DNA of 64,000 nucleotides from Eledone cirrhosa (lineage: Eukaryota), in the NCBI GenBank assembly GCA_964016885.1, contig OZ024741.1, positions 276,024,001 through 276,088,000 of the forward strand. Direction: 5' to 3'. The position numbers and the translations under genes were made by a program. Within the stretch, counting starts at the first letter, position 1, and each line of letters starts with the position of its first letter. Of this stretch, positions 28,382 to 41,224 are shown one piece after another. The notes beneath the pieces were generated by a model, which ran no database searches, was not told the origin of the DNA, and was given only the letters and a program-made list of their open reading frames with translations.

Positions 28382-29342
28382 CTGAAATATTAAAAAATTT
28401 TATTTACATCTCAAGTGATAATATACATATGTTTTAACCCTTTTGTTACCATATTTCTAATGAAAAATGCTACCTATGATTTTCAAATAATTTTGAGAAT
28501 AATGAAGAATTTTTAAGGGTTTAGTATTATAACTAGCTTTCACATTTTTAAGTTGATATTCAGAGCATAACTTAAGGTTTGTGGTCGAGCCAGTAGCAGA
28601 GGAGATTTCTGGTGTCCTTGGTCCTAGGACCACCTCTTTATTCACCACCATCGGCACACCATAGCAATAGAGATTTCTGGTGTCCGTGGCCTTAGGACCA
28701 CTTCCTTACTCACCACCATCGGCATGGAGTTGGCTACACACAGGTGTGAGCCTCACGAGCTGGAATGGTTCTTCCAACGTGTCTCCCTCACCATCCACCG
28801 AGGAAACGTCTTCTGTGTTCTGTCCGCTGGGACCATGCGGTGGCGAGCGTGTGAGCTCCCATTTGCTTATAATAGTGAGAGATGGGGAGAGCAGGAGAGA
28901 TGGAGGCAGTGAGTGAAAGAGAGAGAATATCAACACTTATTTACTTATTTATCCATTTGTAGTTATTTTTTGGCATCATTATCGATCAGAGAGATGATGG
29001 CCCACAAAAATCAATATAAAATTACTTAAAAAAGGTTATCTGATGCATTGAATTCAAAATATTTTCTAGACACATATTTTGCTTAAGATTGAATATGTAA
29101 TCCCCCACTCATTCAATTGTCATATAACAGGATTAAGGTGAACACAAACAGGGAATAGAGGATGAATTTAGTTTGGGGATGGCTTGCAAATTCAGTGTTA
29201 TTGTAATGGCAAACTATCCCCAAAATTTGGTATAGTTGGTTCCTTTCATGCCCAGAACACACCCAAATGAGCTCATTTCATGCCCCCAACATGTTTTTCA
29301 TATACTTCAGGTATCTTTTGAGTAATCCTGATCATGTCTTGT

Positions 29343-29810
29343 TCTTCTTCTTCTTCTTCTTCTTCTTCTTCTTCTTCTTCTTCACCCACTTATTCCTGAG
29401 AGGGTCATGGGAGGGGAGGAGCAAAGCCCTCAAAATCCCCTTCTAATGGGTCCTGTCAGAAGCAACTGTCTGCAATTGATCCGACTAGCTCCCCAAGCAG
29501 GACAAACACAGCTCATGGGTGTTATCCAACTATCTTGTTTTGGGTTTACCTCTGGGTCTCCTGCCGGTGGATTTGCCCATAAAATCTGTCCAGCAATTCT
29601 TTCCTGAGACATTTGAACCTTATGGCCATAGTATCAGAGCTGTGATCTCTCAATTCAGAGAAGTAGCAGCTCTACCTGGAGTGACTCTCTGATCCCCAAG
29701 TTATACACTTTATCAAGTAATGTTACTCCAAAGACCATTGGGTGGATCCCCAATTTGGCCGCTTGTATTCGTGATCTTATTCTTTCGATCCTTACCCAAG
29801 ATTTCTGACC
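29343..29810 (-). mobile_element. RTE-like LINE 3' fragment (family C) with (GAA)n tail
   Basis: SQL.YYGH..MSQERIAGQILWANP..; same family at 50865-51138. Confidence 0.75.
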
Positions 29811-29875
29811 AGTTTAGCCATGTTCATCTTCCCTTTATGTACCTCTTCTAATTTATTGAAGCTGTACCTCTTTAA

Positions 29876-30125
29876 GGTGCATGGCTTAGTGGTTAGAGCA
29901 TTGGGTTTACAATCGTGAGGCTGTGTGTTTGATTATCGGACTGGGCTTTGCATTGGGTTCTTAAGCAAGACACTTTATTTCGCATTGCTCCAGTTCACTT
30001 AGCTGTAGAAATGAGTTGCAATGTCACTGGTGCCAAGCTGTATCAACCATTACCTTTCCCTTGGACAGCATCGGTAACGTGGAGAGGGGAGACTGGTATG
30101 TATGGATGACTGCTGGTCTTCTACA
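29876..30125 (+). mobile_element. tRNA-derived SINE
   Basis: GGTGCATGGCTTAGTGGTTAGAGC head, shared body with 18904 and 51290. Confidence 0.8.
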
Positions 30126-30130
30126 ACTCA

Positions 30131-30470
30131 TTGAGCCTGTTATATAAAAAGAAAATGGCTACTCCCATAGTTGATTGGAGATTTTTGGAAAAAAAAAACG
30201 GGAGAGCTTATCAAAGGCAGGTAATTCCTTTAAATTGCTAACTAATTTGAATTTCAAGGAATTTAATTTCTTTGAATTACTAACTTAGCATAAGTTCCCT
30301 TCCTTTGGAATTTCTTTGATAGTTACCTCCCTTTACACTATCTAGAAATTTTGTTTATTTATAGCTAAATTCGAAATTTACCTGTCCTTGAAGAGCTCTC
30401 ACATCTTTTCTAAAAAAAACCTCCAATCAACCGTGGGAGTAGCCATTTTCTTTTTATATGAGAGGCTGAA
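30131..30470. repeat. imperfect inverted repeat (~110-bp arms), fold-back element
   Basis: atataaaaagaaaatggctactccca..ttggag versus ctccaatc..gggagtagccattttctttttatat. Confidence 0.75.
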
Positions 30471-30601
30471 TAAGTTGGGATGTATAACCCAATAAAACTT
30501 AAATACCTGTATATGTCACTGTAATTATATTTAACTTGTCCTATGGATTGAGTGCTCTAACTCTTGGATATTTCAACCAAACTTATACTACAGTATAAAT
30601 A

Positions 30602-31630
30602 TCATCATCGTCGTTTTACGTCTGTTCTTCCACGCTAGCATGGGTTAGATGGGTTGTCCTGTTGTGAGCAGTGTTCAGTCGGCTGACCTTGTTTTGCTCA
30701 TACGGGAACTGATTCTGGCTTGATTTCTACAGCTGGATGCCCTTCCTAACACCAACTTCATTTACAGTGAGTGCTGGGTGCTTTTTTCCGTGGCGCCTAC
30801 ACGTCCACTTTACAGTGTGGGCTGGGTGCTTTTTTTCCGTGGCACCTACACGACCACTTTGCAGTGGGGGCATATTGTCTATATGCTTCAGCTTCGGCTT
30901 GTTCCTGTGGAGGGGTCGGGTCTTCTGTATTACTGTGTGACATCAGAGGTCACAGTCGTGTGTCATTGCCCTTGAGAGGTGCAATTGGGTAAGGTCGGCT
31001 TTTATCACCTCATCCCAGGTCTTCTTGGGTCACCCCACTCTGCGGCTTCCATCGACTTCTAGTACTCTGCACCTTTTTATGCAGCTGTCATCCTTCATAC
31101 GCATCACATGTCCATACCAATGTAGCCTCTTCTCCTGCACACAGCATTTGATTCCTCTGATGCACAATCTCTCTCTCAATTTGTTTATACTTTGTCGTTC
31201 GCGTATATTATTATTACATATCCATTGGAGCATGCAGGCTTCGTTTCTTTCTAATCTGAGCAAGTCTTCTACAGACAGTGACCCAGATTTCACTTCCATG
31301 TAACATTGCTGTTCGTATACATGCATCATACAGTCTGCCTTTCATTTTGAAGGAAAAGCCTTTTGCAGCTAGCAGTGGCAGTAGCTCCCTGAACTTCTTC
31401 CATCCCGTTCTTACTGTAGTTATTGTACTTTCCGAACACCCACCTCCGCTGCTAATTCGGTCACCTAGGTAGCAGAAGCTGTCTACTGTTTCTACAGAGC
31501 CCTCCCAGAGTTTGGTGGTGCTTGTTTCCTGTGGTCATTTGCTGCTTGCTGTCCCAGCGCAGCTGCTACATATGAAGCCTACATTCTTAGTTAAACTTCC
31601 TGAGCTCCCACTACATCTACATCTCTTGTG
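30602..31630 (-). mobile_element. RTE LINE family B 3' fragment
   Basis: Reverse complement similar to 47770-48783 (RLERNEACMLQW..WYGHVMRMKDDS); ends at (TA)n/(CA)n. Confidence 0.9.
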
Positions 31631-31698
<68 letters not shown>

Positions 31699-31804
31699 TA
31701 TCACCATCACCATTTCTAATGTAAGGACACAGTCGAAAGAGTGAAACACTGTAACTAGTAAAAGAATGTATCAAGTTTGATTCAATGTAAAGTAAACCAA
31801 CTAC

Positions 31805-31855
31805 CTGTGGAGGTGGATAGCTGTTTGGTGGACTCTTTTTTATATTTCTGAAATC
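31805..31855 (-). CDS. micro-exon of minus-strand host gene (DFRNIKKSPPNSYPPPQ)
   Basis: tactatttacag acceptor, CAG|gtagtt donor, 51 bp phase 0-0. Confidence 0.65.
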
Positions 31856-32527
31856 CTGTAAATAGTAAATGACAAACATGACTATTGAATTCATTTGACT
31901 GATACTTACTTGATAGACCCTATCAACATGTAAAGCAGAGCCCTGATTATTAAACCTAGAGAATAATTGTGGTAGTATCACAGCTCATGAATTCAGTGGT
32001 GAGCAGAGATTTGGTGATACCTGGTGACAACTCCTTGATTGTATTCCCCTTAAAACTTAAGTATAGGGCCTAGTACTGACAAATGTGAACAAGGAAGATA
32101 TTTGAAATATGTAAAAAAAACAAAAAAACTTATAAAGCATGAAATAAATATTGTAAATCAATATAAAATCAACCATTTATCGAATTTCAAGTTAATAAAT
32201 CTGGGTGGAAAACTGAGCTCAGATTTTGGGATGGGCACTTGAGAAATCTAAGTGGGGACTGTTCTCAGAGCCATATTGAATGGAGAACCCTGCTTGACAA
32301 TTTGGTTGGATGCCTCCACCATCTGCCCTAATATGGTTGTCTTGGATCATTGCATCCCCTGTACCCCTTCTCTGCACAACACTGCATGAAACACACTACT
32401 CTTTTCTGAATAAAAACAAAAACAAACTCCCCAAATATTTCTGCTTCTGTATTAAAAAAGACATTTATTCATAATGATTGCAATAAAAGAAAAAAAAAAG
32501 ATAAACAGAAGCAAAAATAAAAATAAT

Positions 32528-32749
32528 TAACCCTTTAGCATTTAAACCGGCCATATCCAGCTAGAATTCTCTCACCTGTTCAAAACAGCCATAACTGGCT
32601 GTTCATATTTATGTTACAGCATTTTTCTCAAAAAATAAATAATATCAAAATTTTGTTGATTCGATATTATGTGAGATAATTATGTGAAATAAAGCCTTTA
32701 CCAAGAAAATACAATAGTAAATATAGAGTAATGTAAATGCTAAAGTTAA
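32528..32749. mobile_element. TTAA-flanked MITE (piggyBac-like ends)
   Basis: TTAA-CCCTTTAGCATTT ... AAATGCTAAAG-TTAA; inverted copy at 45841-46045. Confidence 0.7.
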
Positions 32750-33332
32750 AAAAGATATTTATTCAATAAATCTCAAATAATATGTTTACAATAAAAAAAA
32801 TGATAAAGAGACACAAAAAGAAAAATAATTAAATGGCAAAAATAAGGAAAAGGCAGAGGAAGCAGTAGACACTACACCCCAGATGAGGCACTGTGTCTCA
32901 GCGGTGCCCCAGACGAGACACTGTCTCAGCTGTGCCCTGTGGACAAATAAGGAAGGTAATTGTCACCAGACACAGGTTGAGACTCCTACTGTTTCTTATC
33001 ACTAAAAGCTCAGGTTAAAAATTGACATATTAGGAATACACATTAAGATAAACTTACAGTTACAATTCACATGTAATAAATATGTACACTAGTTAAATAT
33101 TATCATATCTATCAGTTTTGTAATGTATTAATGAGGTCATTGAATTGGCAAAGTCTTTAAAAGCATCAGATAAAGTGCTTTGCAGCATTCGTTTCTAATC
33201 CCTGCTCTCTGAGTTCAAATCCTACCAAAGTCAACTTTACCTTTCATCCTTTCAAGGTTGATAAAAAAGTACCAATCTAGTACTGGGGTAGATTTTTTCC
33301 TCAAAATCTCTGTCTCCCCACTCTATTGCTCT

Positions 33333-33507
33333 CTCCTTCTCTAGAAGAAATCAGCTGTGTTCAGATGTAGAGAGAGGATGGCTTCCACCAGGTTTAATAT
33401 GTCATGATGACACCTCAAGATACAGTGTGTTTTGTGCATTTTAAACTTGGTGGAGCCCATCCCCTCTCCTAGTCTGAACACATCTGATTTCTTCCAGAGA
33501 GAGGAAG
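33333..33507. repeat. ~65-bp-arm inverted repeat (MITE-like) between two opposed SINE fragments
   Basis: tctctagaagaaatcagctgtgttcaga.. versus ..tctgaacacatctgatttcttccagaga. Confidence 0.7.
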
Positions 33508-35083
33508 AATCAACCCTGGTACTGATCTGGTATTTTTTTAAAAGACATCAAAAGAATGAAAGGTAAAGTTGACCTCAGCAGGATTTGAACTCAAAGTGTT
33601 CAGAGAACTGGGACAAATACCACAAAGTATTCTAGCCAATGCCCTAATGACTGCCAATTTGCAGCACAAAATTACAGATACACAGCCAATAAAGTACAGG
33701 ATACACAGTCACAACTAAGATGACATCAAAAGGATGAAAGCTAAAGTTGACCTCATATTGTGTGAGATGCAAGGCCTGAAGATTGATAGAAAGAAGAAAT
33801 TTATGAGCAGATGAGTTTTTTAAAGAGGTAAGGTAAATATCCCCTTCGGTCACAAATGACTATGGGATTTACACCTAGAAAGTTCTCCTCTGGGGCACAA
33901 GTCCAGGCAAGGTTGTTTGTGGAAGACCAGTAGTCGCCAATGCATACCTGAAGATTATGAAAAAACATGTTGGGGGCAGGAAATGAGCCCACTTGGGTGT
34001 CTGGTGGGCATGAAAGGAACCAAGTATACCAAATTTCAGGGATGGTTTTCTGTTACAATAGCACCAAATTTACAAGCCACCCCCAAACCAAATCTATACT
34101 CTATTCTCTGTTTGTGTTTGCCATAATCTTGTTATCTTATATAACTAATTCTGTAATCAACACCTGATGAAATCTCCTAAGTCTTGCATTATGATCAGAT
34201 GATGAAATTGAGCCATTGGATTATGTATAGTGCTTTCGCAAAATGGAAATTTTTAAGAAAGTTTCCAGTCCGGTTCTCTGTTGTTTTTAACACACATGCA
34301 CACACACATGATGTTGCAAAATGGTTGGTGAAACTTCAGTAGGGACTTTGAAGAAAAAATAAGTCATTCTTTGTCTATTCTTTCCTCACATTTATAATTT
34401 GATATATATATAATGTGATATATAATTTGCCATCACCCGAGGCAACGCTATGAGTGTGCTGGCTGCCTCAAAAATCATTAGAGAGGTTGCCCAGTACTCC
34501 TCGCGATGCTGCTGTCTTTTCTTTTGCTCTGGTGTTGGCTTGGTTGTTCACCCCTTCCTTTACATTTTATTTAATATTGTAACATTAAAAGAATATATCG
34601 TTCTGAATGAATCGCAAGCAATTTATAATGTTATCTAAACATTTGTAATGTTATTTATGTATATATTTAAAACATATTTGTTATGTTATTCTACTGTAAA
34701 TTTATTTATATGCTTTCTATTTTTATTCTGTAAGAATTTGATATATATATATTAGATATTAACTTAACAATGAAAATAATAACAACAAAGTCAAGTTATT
34801 TTACCTATTCATATCATTGTTATATATGTATATGTAATAAAATCTTGTAGTTTGCTTGAAGCATTGTATATAATATATGTGGAAAATGATATATGTAAGA
34901 AGGCTAAAACATGCAAAATGAACGGTAAGATGAAGGCAACAAAAGAGTTAGTTACTTGGTAATCTTTGTTTTTTTGTTTCTAGGTGGAAAACCTCCAGGT
35001 AACTAACTTTTTCATTGCCTTCACCTTACAGTCCATTTTGCATTGTTTTAGCCTTCTTACATATATCACTTTCCATATATATA

Positions 35084-35227
<144 letters not shown>

Positions 35228-35565
35228 CCTTTCACTTCTTAAACCTTGTTTGTATATAACATTATTCTTTCTGCACCTTCTGTTTAACATGTGCGATACC
35301 ACACTAATACATTTCACTATCATTTGATAATGCATATAAATGCTGAAACCGGTAATAGACAATAATTAAATATATAAATAGATAAATAAATGCCTTTGTT
35401 AAATAATAAATAAATCAACTAATAACACTTCACACAAAGTAAAACATTTCGTTTTAATCATTTTCTAAACCAGAAAAAAGAGAGAGAGAAACAAAAAAGG
35501 AAAAAAAAATATTTTTCTTCCTCATAATCGTCTCTTTCTCCCTGTTTTCATATATATATATAAAT

Positions 35566-35651
<86 letters not shown>

Positions 35652-36434
35652 GTTTATTAACTAGACCTTCTCCTAGTTATTGATATCTTTATTACTGAAC
35701 TAAGCTTCCATAATTTTGTATTGTTTTTCTTAATATATTCTACTAATGATTATTGTTACTTCAATTAATAAGTATTATTAGACTTAGTTGTATTCCTATA
35801 ATGTTATTTTAAAGTCTAATATACGTGCATTAGTGTTTAATTGTCAAGCAAAATATTTTTTAGTCACTGCACATTATATATTTATTATAAAAAACGTTTA
35901 ATTGTGTGTTTCGTCTTCCATAAAGTTTTAACATTTTTTTCCTAACTGTATTTTAAATTTGTTTACTCTTTTGGAATTCAGACGTTTGGACATGTGTTTG
36001 GTAAAGTTATTTATGTTGTTTAATAGATTCTGAAGAAATCAATACAGTAGAAATTTATTTTCCTGCTGTATTGATATAAACGTTTGTAAATTAATTAAAT
36101 AATTTAATGAAATTTAATCTTAGTTATATTTATATATATATCATGTTTCATATAGAAATGGCTTCTACAAGACTAGAACAGTTCTAACCCTGTAGAAGCC
36201 GTTTCCATATTAAATATGATGTCCACACTCTACTAAAGTATTGAGTACCTTACTGTGGTTACCTGTGGTTGAACCCGCGACTCACATATATATATATATA
36301 TACATAAGAAAGTAAATAAAATATATCCAAACACACACAAGTGTGCATTAAGATATATCAAAACTTAAACTAGAGACAATCTGCACTGAATTCGTTGAGT
36401 ATCTTATTAAATTTAATAAAAAATTAAAATTGGT

Positions 36435-38225
36435 GCAAGTTAATGGTAGTACAATAAATAAGGCAATCAAAGATATGAAGACAGGCAAGGCAGCTGAGAT
36501 GTTGAAAGCATCTGGAATGGTGGGACATACTATGGTCACCTGGATAGTAAACTAACTCATACAGAATGGGGTCATACCAGCATCATCGTTAACTGCTACA
36601 AGGGTAAAGGAGATGCTCTAGATAGGGGAAACTATAGAGGCATTAAGTTAATTGACCATGTCATGAAGGTTACAGAAAGAGTTATAGGGCAACTAATCAG
36701 AGAGCGAATTGATCTAGATGAAATGCAGTTTGGGTTTGTGTCAGGTAAAAGTACCACAGATGTTCTTTTCCTTGTACAACAACTACAGGAGAAGTAGCTA
36801 GCTAAAAGTAAACCCCTATACTTAGCTTTTGTTGACTTGGAGAAAGCCTTTGACAGAGTCCGCCGCTCCATTATCTGGTGGGCCCTTAGAAAACTAGGTG
36901 TAGATGAATGACTTGTGAGAACTATACAAGCTATGTATAAAGAAACAGTAAGCAAGGTTAGAATTACCAATGAATATAGTGAAGAATTTAGTGTAAAAGT
37001 TGGTGTTTATCAAGGCTCTGTCCTTAGCCCCCTCCTGTTTATTATTGCCCTTCAGGCTATAACAGAGGAGTTTAAGACCAGCTGCCCATTGGAACTTCTA
37101 TACGCAGATGATCTAACTCTCATAGCTGAATCTATGGCTGAACTAGAGAAGAAATTCCAAACATGGAAGCATGACCTAGAATCAAAAGACCTTAAAATTA
37201 ACTTGTCTGAGACTAAAGTTCTAGTATGTAGAAAGGAAAATAGGGCACAGGTGCCCTCTGGGAAATGGCCATGCTCAGTGTGTAAGAAAGGAGTACGTAG
37301 AAATTCCATTTTATGTCCCAAATGCAAAGTATGGGTACATAAAAGATGTAGTGGCATCACAGGCAAGCTATCTAAGAACATAGATTTTATATGTGGCCGA
37401 TGCTCAGGTACAATAAGTAGCAAGTGCCCACAGGATACTAGCTCCTTCTACTGCCCAGATGGTTCTATAGAAATAGTGGACACTTTCCATTACCTGGGTG
37501 ACAAAATCAGCAGTGGTGGAGGGTGCTCTGTTGGATGTGTCATAGTAATATACACGAACGGCAAAACATAAATGAACTAAGTGAGAAATTAGGAATAAGA
37601 GGGATCAGATGCGTTTTACTTGAGAGAAGATTATGATACGCATGAAAGATGACAGCTGTAATAAAAAGTGCAGGGCGATCAAAATTGATGGAAGTTACGG
37701 AGTAGGTAGACCCAGAAAAACCTGGGACGACATGATAAATTCCGACCTTGCACCTCTCTAAGACAATGTCACTGGCTCGAGATCTTTGGCGCCATGCAGT
37801 AATACAGAAGACCTGCCTTCCCTACGTGCAAAGTTAACCTCCAGTCAGTAGGCCCCTCCAAACCAAACATACACCCAAACCCACTACCCCTACTCCATCC
37901 TCCCACTCTTGCCAACACCACCCTTTCTCTATAAAGTTAAGTTGGTACCACAACATCCAGTCCAAACTAATGAGATTGTGCAGGTGTCATGACAAAAAAA
38001 CACAGAGTCCATGCTGTAATGTGATTGTGTAGGTAACAGGGTAAAAATCTCCCAGTCCACACTGTAAATGTCGTTGGTGGTGTTAGGAAGGGCATCCAGC
38101 CGTAGAAAACCTGCCAGATAGTCCTATACAAGCGAGACACAGTCACCCGACCAATCTTGCCTCAAGTGGGACAACTCCCAGCTAGCGTGGAAGATAGACA
38201 TTAAATGATGATGATGATGATGATG
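36435..38225 (+). mobile_element. decayed RTE LINE (RT to 3' tail)
   Basis: ORF 36915-37571 with YQGSVLSP, YADD; in-frame stops and deletions; 3' UTR and (GAT)n tail. Confidence 0.95.
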
Positions 38226-38248
38226 TATATGTATGTATATATATATAT

Positions 38249-41224
38249 ATGCTTGAACGTAAGGAGGTCGATGTTTGTTGTATTCAAGAGACCAGGTGGA
38301 GGGGAGGGTCGGCTAGATTCATCGTGGGTAAAGAGCGATGCTATAAGCTTTTCTGGGTGGGAAATGACAATGGGTTGGGTGGGGTAGGAATCATGGTAGC
38401 AGAAAAGTGGGCAGATAAGATAATAGACGTAAATAGAGTGAACGACAGAATAATTAAAATAAGACTTGTCCTCAATAAAACTACGGTGACAGTAATATCT
38501 GCGTACGCACCCCAATCCGGACTGCCCCGCGCTATAAAAGACAGATTCTACGAGACACTGATGCTCGCTACCTCCCAAATAACCGACAGTGACTATATAG
38601 TTATTGCAGGCGACCTAAATGGTCACGTTGGACAACATTGTGACGGCTATGACGGAATCCATGGAGGCTATGGGTTCGGTACTAGAAATGAGGAAGGCTC
38701 CAGAATCCTGGAATTCTGCGACGCAAATAACTTAACTATCTGTAACACTAACTTCAAAAAACGAGACAATCACTTGATCACCTATAGATCGGGGGAACAC
38801 ACAAGCCAGGTAGATTATATCCTTACCAGAAGACGTGACAGAGTGTCTGTTGTTAACACTAAATCCCACCCCCATGAAGAATTCACCTCCCAACATAGAC
38901 TGATAATTAGCGACCTCATAGTCAGGACGAGACGTACTAGACAGCGGAAGAGGACTATCCTCAGGAGAAAAATATGGAAGCTAAAGGACCCCATAGCCAG
39001 AAATAAATTTCAAAGCAAATTACTTGACGCTTTCGACAGTAAGGAAGAGCAATTAGAGTCGTATAATATAGAGGAACAGTGGGAATTCCTGAGAGCAAAC
39101 CTGCTGACGGCGGCAGACGAAGTCTGTGGCTGGAGCAGGCCTGTAGGTAGGAGGAGAGTAACATGGTGGTGGAACAGTAAGGTGGAGGAGTCAATTAAGG
39201 CCAAAAAGCAGGCTTGGAAAGTATGGCGGGATGGGGGAAGTAGAGAAGACTATCAAGTGGCCAGGAGGGAAGCTAGGAGACAAGTGTACTTCGCAAGAAG
39301 GGAAGCAGAGGAAAGAAAGTTCAAGCATGTTCTACAACGTGAGGACCAAAAACGTGAGGTGTTCAGGATTGCCAGGCAATGTGTCAAGGAAAACCGTGAT
39401 ATTGTCGGGGAGAAGTGTGTACTTAACGATGATGGCATACTTGCCATCACCGACGCTGATAAGAAGGTAGCTTGGAAGTGTCACTACGAAAGGCTTCTAA
39501 ATGAGGAGAACAAATGGGAGAAAGACAGTCTCCCCCAGATCGATCCAATAGAGGGACCAGCAGTGTTAGTTGAAGGTAGTATAATAAGTAAGGCAATCAA
39601 AGATATGAAGACGGGTAAGGCGGCTGGGCCTTCGGAAATAGTTGCTGAGATGCTGAAGTCATCTGGTTCGGTGGGACACACCATGGTCACCCGGATAGTT
39701 AACCAAGTCGTACAGAATGGGGTTGTTCCGAAGGAATGGCTTAGCAGCATCATCGTTAACTGCTATAAGGGAAAAGGAGATGCCCTAGATAGGAGTAACT
39801 ATAGAGGCATTAAATTAATCGACCAGGTCATGAAGGTCACGGAAAAAGTAATAGCGCAACTAATCAGAGAGAGAATTGATCTAGATGAAATGCAGTTCGG
39901 GTTTGTGTCAGGCAAAAGTACCACAGACGCTCTTTTCATTGTACGACAACTACAGGAGAAGTACCTAGCTAAAAGTAAACCCCTATACTTAGCTTTTGTC
40001 GACTTGGAGAAAGCCTTCGACAGAGTCCCCCGTTCCATTATCTGGTGGTCTCTTAGAAAACTAGGTGTTGACGAATGGCTTGTGAGAGCTATACAAGCCA
40101 TGTATAAAGAAACAGTCAGTAAGGTTAGAATTAACAACGAATATAGTGAAGAGTTTAGCGTAAAAGTTGGTGTCCATCAGGGCTCTGTACTTAGCCCCCT
40201 ACTATTTATTATTGCCCTTCAGGCTATAACAGAGGAGTTCAAGACCGGCTGCCCATGGGAACTCCTATACGCAGATGATCTAACGCTCATAGCTGAATCA
40301 ATGACCGAACTAGAGAAGAAATTCCAAACGTGGAAGCACGGCCTAGAATCAAAAGGCCTTAAAATTAACCTGGCTAAGACTAAAGTTCTAGTTTGTAGGA
40401 AAGAAAATAAGGCGGCGGTCCCATCGGGGAAATGGCCATGCTCAGTGTGTAGGAAAGGCGTAGGTAGAAACTCCATTTTATGTCCCAAATGCAAAGTATG
40501 GGTGCATAAAAGATGTAGTGGGATAATAGGTAAGCTAACTAAGAACATAGATTTTACATGTGGCCGGTGCTCTGGTGCAATAAGTAGCAGCAAGTGCCCA
40601 CAAAATACTAGCTCCTTCAACTGCGCAGAGGGTTCTATAGAAATAGTGGACAGCTTCCGTTATCTGGGTGACAAAATCAGCAGTGGGGGAGGGTGCTCTG
40701 AAAGTACAGTAGCTAGAGTCAGAACTGGATGGAAAAAGTTCAGAGAGCTTATACCACTATTAGCCGCTAGAGGGTTCTCCCTAAAAATGAAAGGCAGGTT
40801 ATACGATGCCTGCATACGAACAGCAATGCTGCATGGCAGTGAGACCTGGGCATTGTGTGCAGAGGATATACGCAGACTAGAGAGGAACGAAGCTTGCATG
40901 CTCCGCTGGATGTGCAATAGTAATATACGCGAACGGCAAAGCATAAACGAACTAAGGAAAAAATTAGAAATAAGAGGGATCAGATGTTGTTTACTCGAGA
41001 GAAGGCTACGTTGGTACGGTCACGTGATGCGCATGAAAGACGACAGCTGTATAACAAAGTGCAGGGCAATAAAGATAGACGGTAGCCACGGAGTAGGCAG
41101 ACCCAGAAAAACATGGGACGAGCTGATAAATTCCGACCTCACACGCTTACACCTCTCCAAGACAATGTCACTGGACCGAGACCTTTGGCGGTACTCAGTA
41201 ATAGAGAAGACCCGCCTTACCTAA
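38249..41224 (+). CDS. RTE-clade LINE ORF, 991 aa: APE endonuclease + reverse transcriptase with PHD-like Cys/His insert
   Basis: CCIQETRW, SAYAPQ, AGDLNGHVG, QVDYIL (APE); DLEKAFD, HQGSVLSP, YADD (RT); uninterrupted but begins inside APE at a (TA)n junction. Confidence 0.95.
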   Translation: MLERKEVDVCCIQETRWRGGSARFIVGKERCYKLFWVGNDNGLGGVGIMVAEKWADKIIDVNRVNDRIIKIRLVLNKTTVTVISAYAPQSGLPRAIKDRFYETLMLATSQITDSDYIVIAGDLNGHVGQHCDGYDGIHGGYGFGTRNEEGSRILEFCDANNLTICNTNFKKRDNHLITYRSGEHTSQVDYILTRRRDRVSVVNTKSHPHEEFTSQHRLIISDLIVRTRRTRQRKRTILRRKIWKLKDPIARNKFQSKLLDAFDSKEEQLESYNIEEQWEFLRANLLTAADEVCGWSRPVGRRRVTWWWNSKVEESIKAKKQAWKVWRDGGSREDYQVARREARRQVYFARREAEERKFKHVLQREDQKREVFRIARQCVKENRDIVGEKCVLNDDGILAITDADKKVAWKCHYERLLNEENKWEKDSLPQIDPIEGPAVLVEGSIISKAIKDMKTGKAAGPSEIVAEMLKSSGSVGHTMVTRIVNQVVQNGVVPKEWLSSIIVNCYKGKGDALDRSNYRGIKLIDQVMKVTEKVIAQLIRERIDLDEMQFGFVSGKSTTDALFIVRQLQEKYLAKSKPLYLAFVDLEKAFDRVPRSIIWWSLRKLGVDEWLVRAIQAMYKETVSKVRINNEYSEEFSVKVGVHQGSVLSPLLFIIALQAITEEFKTGCPWELLYADDLTLIAESMTELEKKFQTWKHGLESKGLKINLAKTKVLVCRKENKAAVPSGKWPCSVCRKGVGRNSILCPKCKVWVHKRCSGIIGKLTKNIDFTCGRCSGAISSSKCPQNTSSFNCAEGSIEIVDSFRYLGDKISSGGGCSESTVARVRTGWKKFRELIPLLAARGFSLKMKGRLYDACIRTAMLHGSETWALCAEDIRRLERNEACMLRWMCNSNIRERQSINELRKKLEIRGIRCCLLERRLRWYGHVMRMKDDSCITKCRAIKIDGSHGVGRPRKTWDELINSDLTRLHLSKTMSLDRDLWRYSVIEKTRLT

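Noticed and set aside
34164-34215. CTGATGA...GAAA
   Set aside because: No convincing stem I or III or cleavage triplet
34984-34998. Plus-strand 15-bp exon-like segment (also 6782-6803)
   Set aside because: Isolated splice-like signals with no supporting chain of exons
39253-40944. Several antisense ORFs over the LINE
   Set aside because: Shadow frames of the RT ORF
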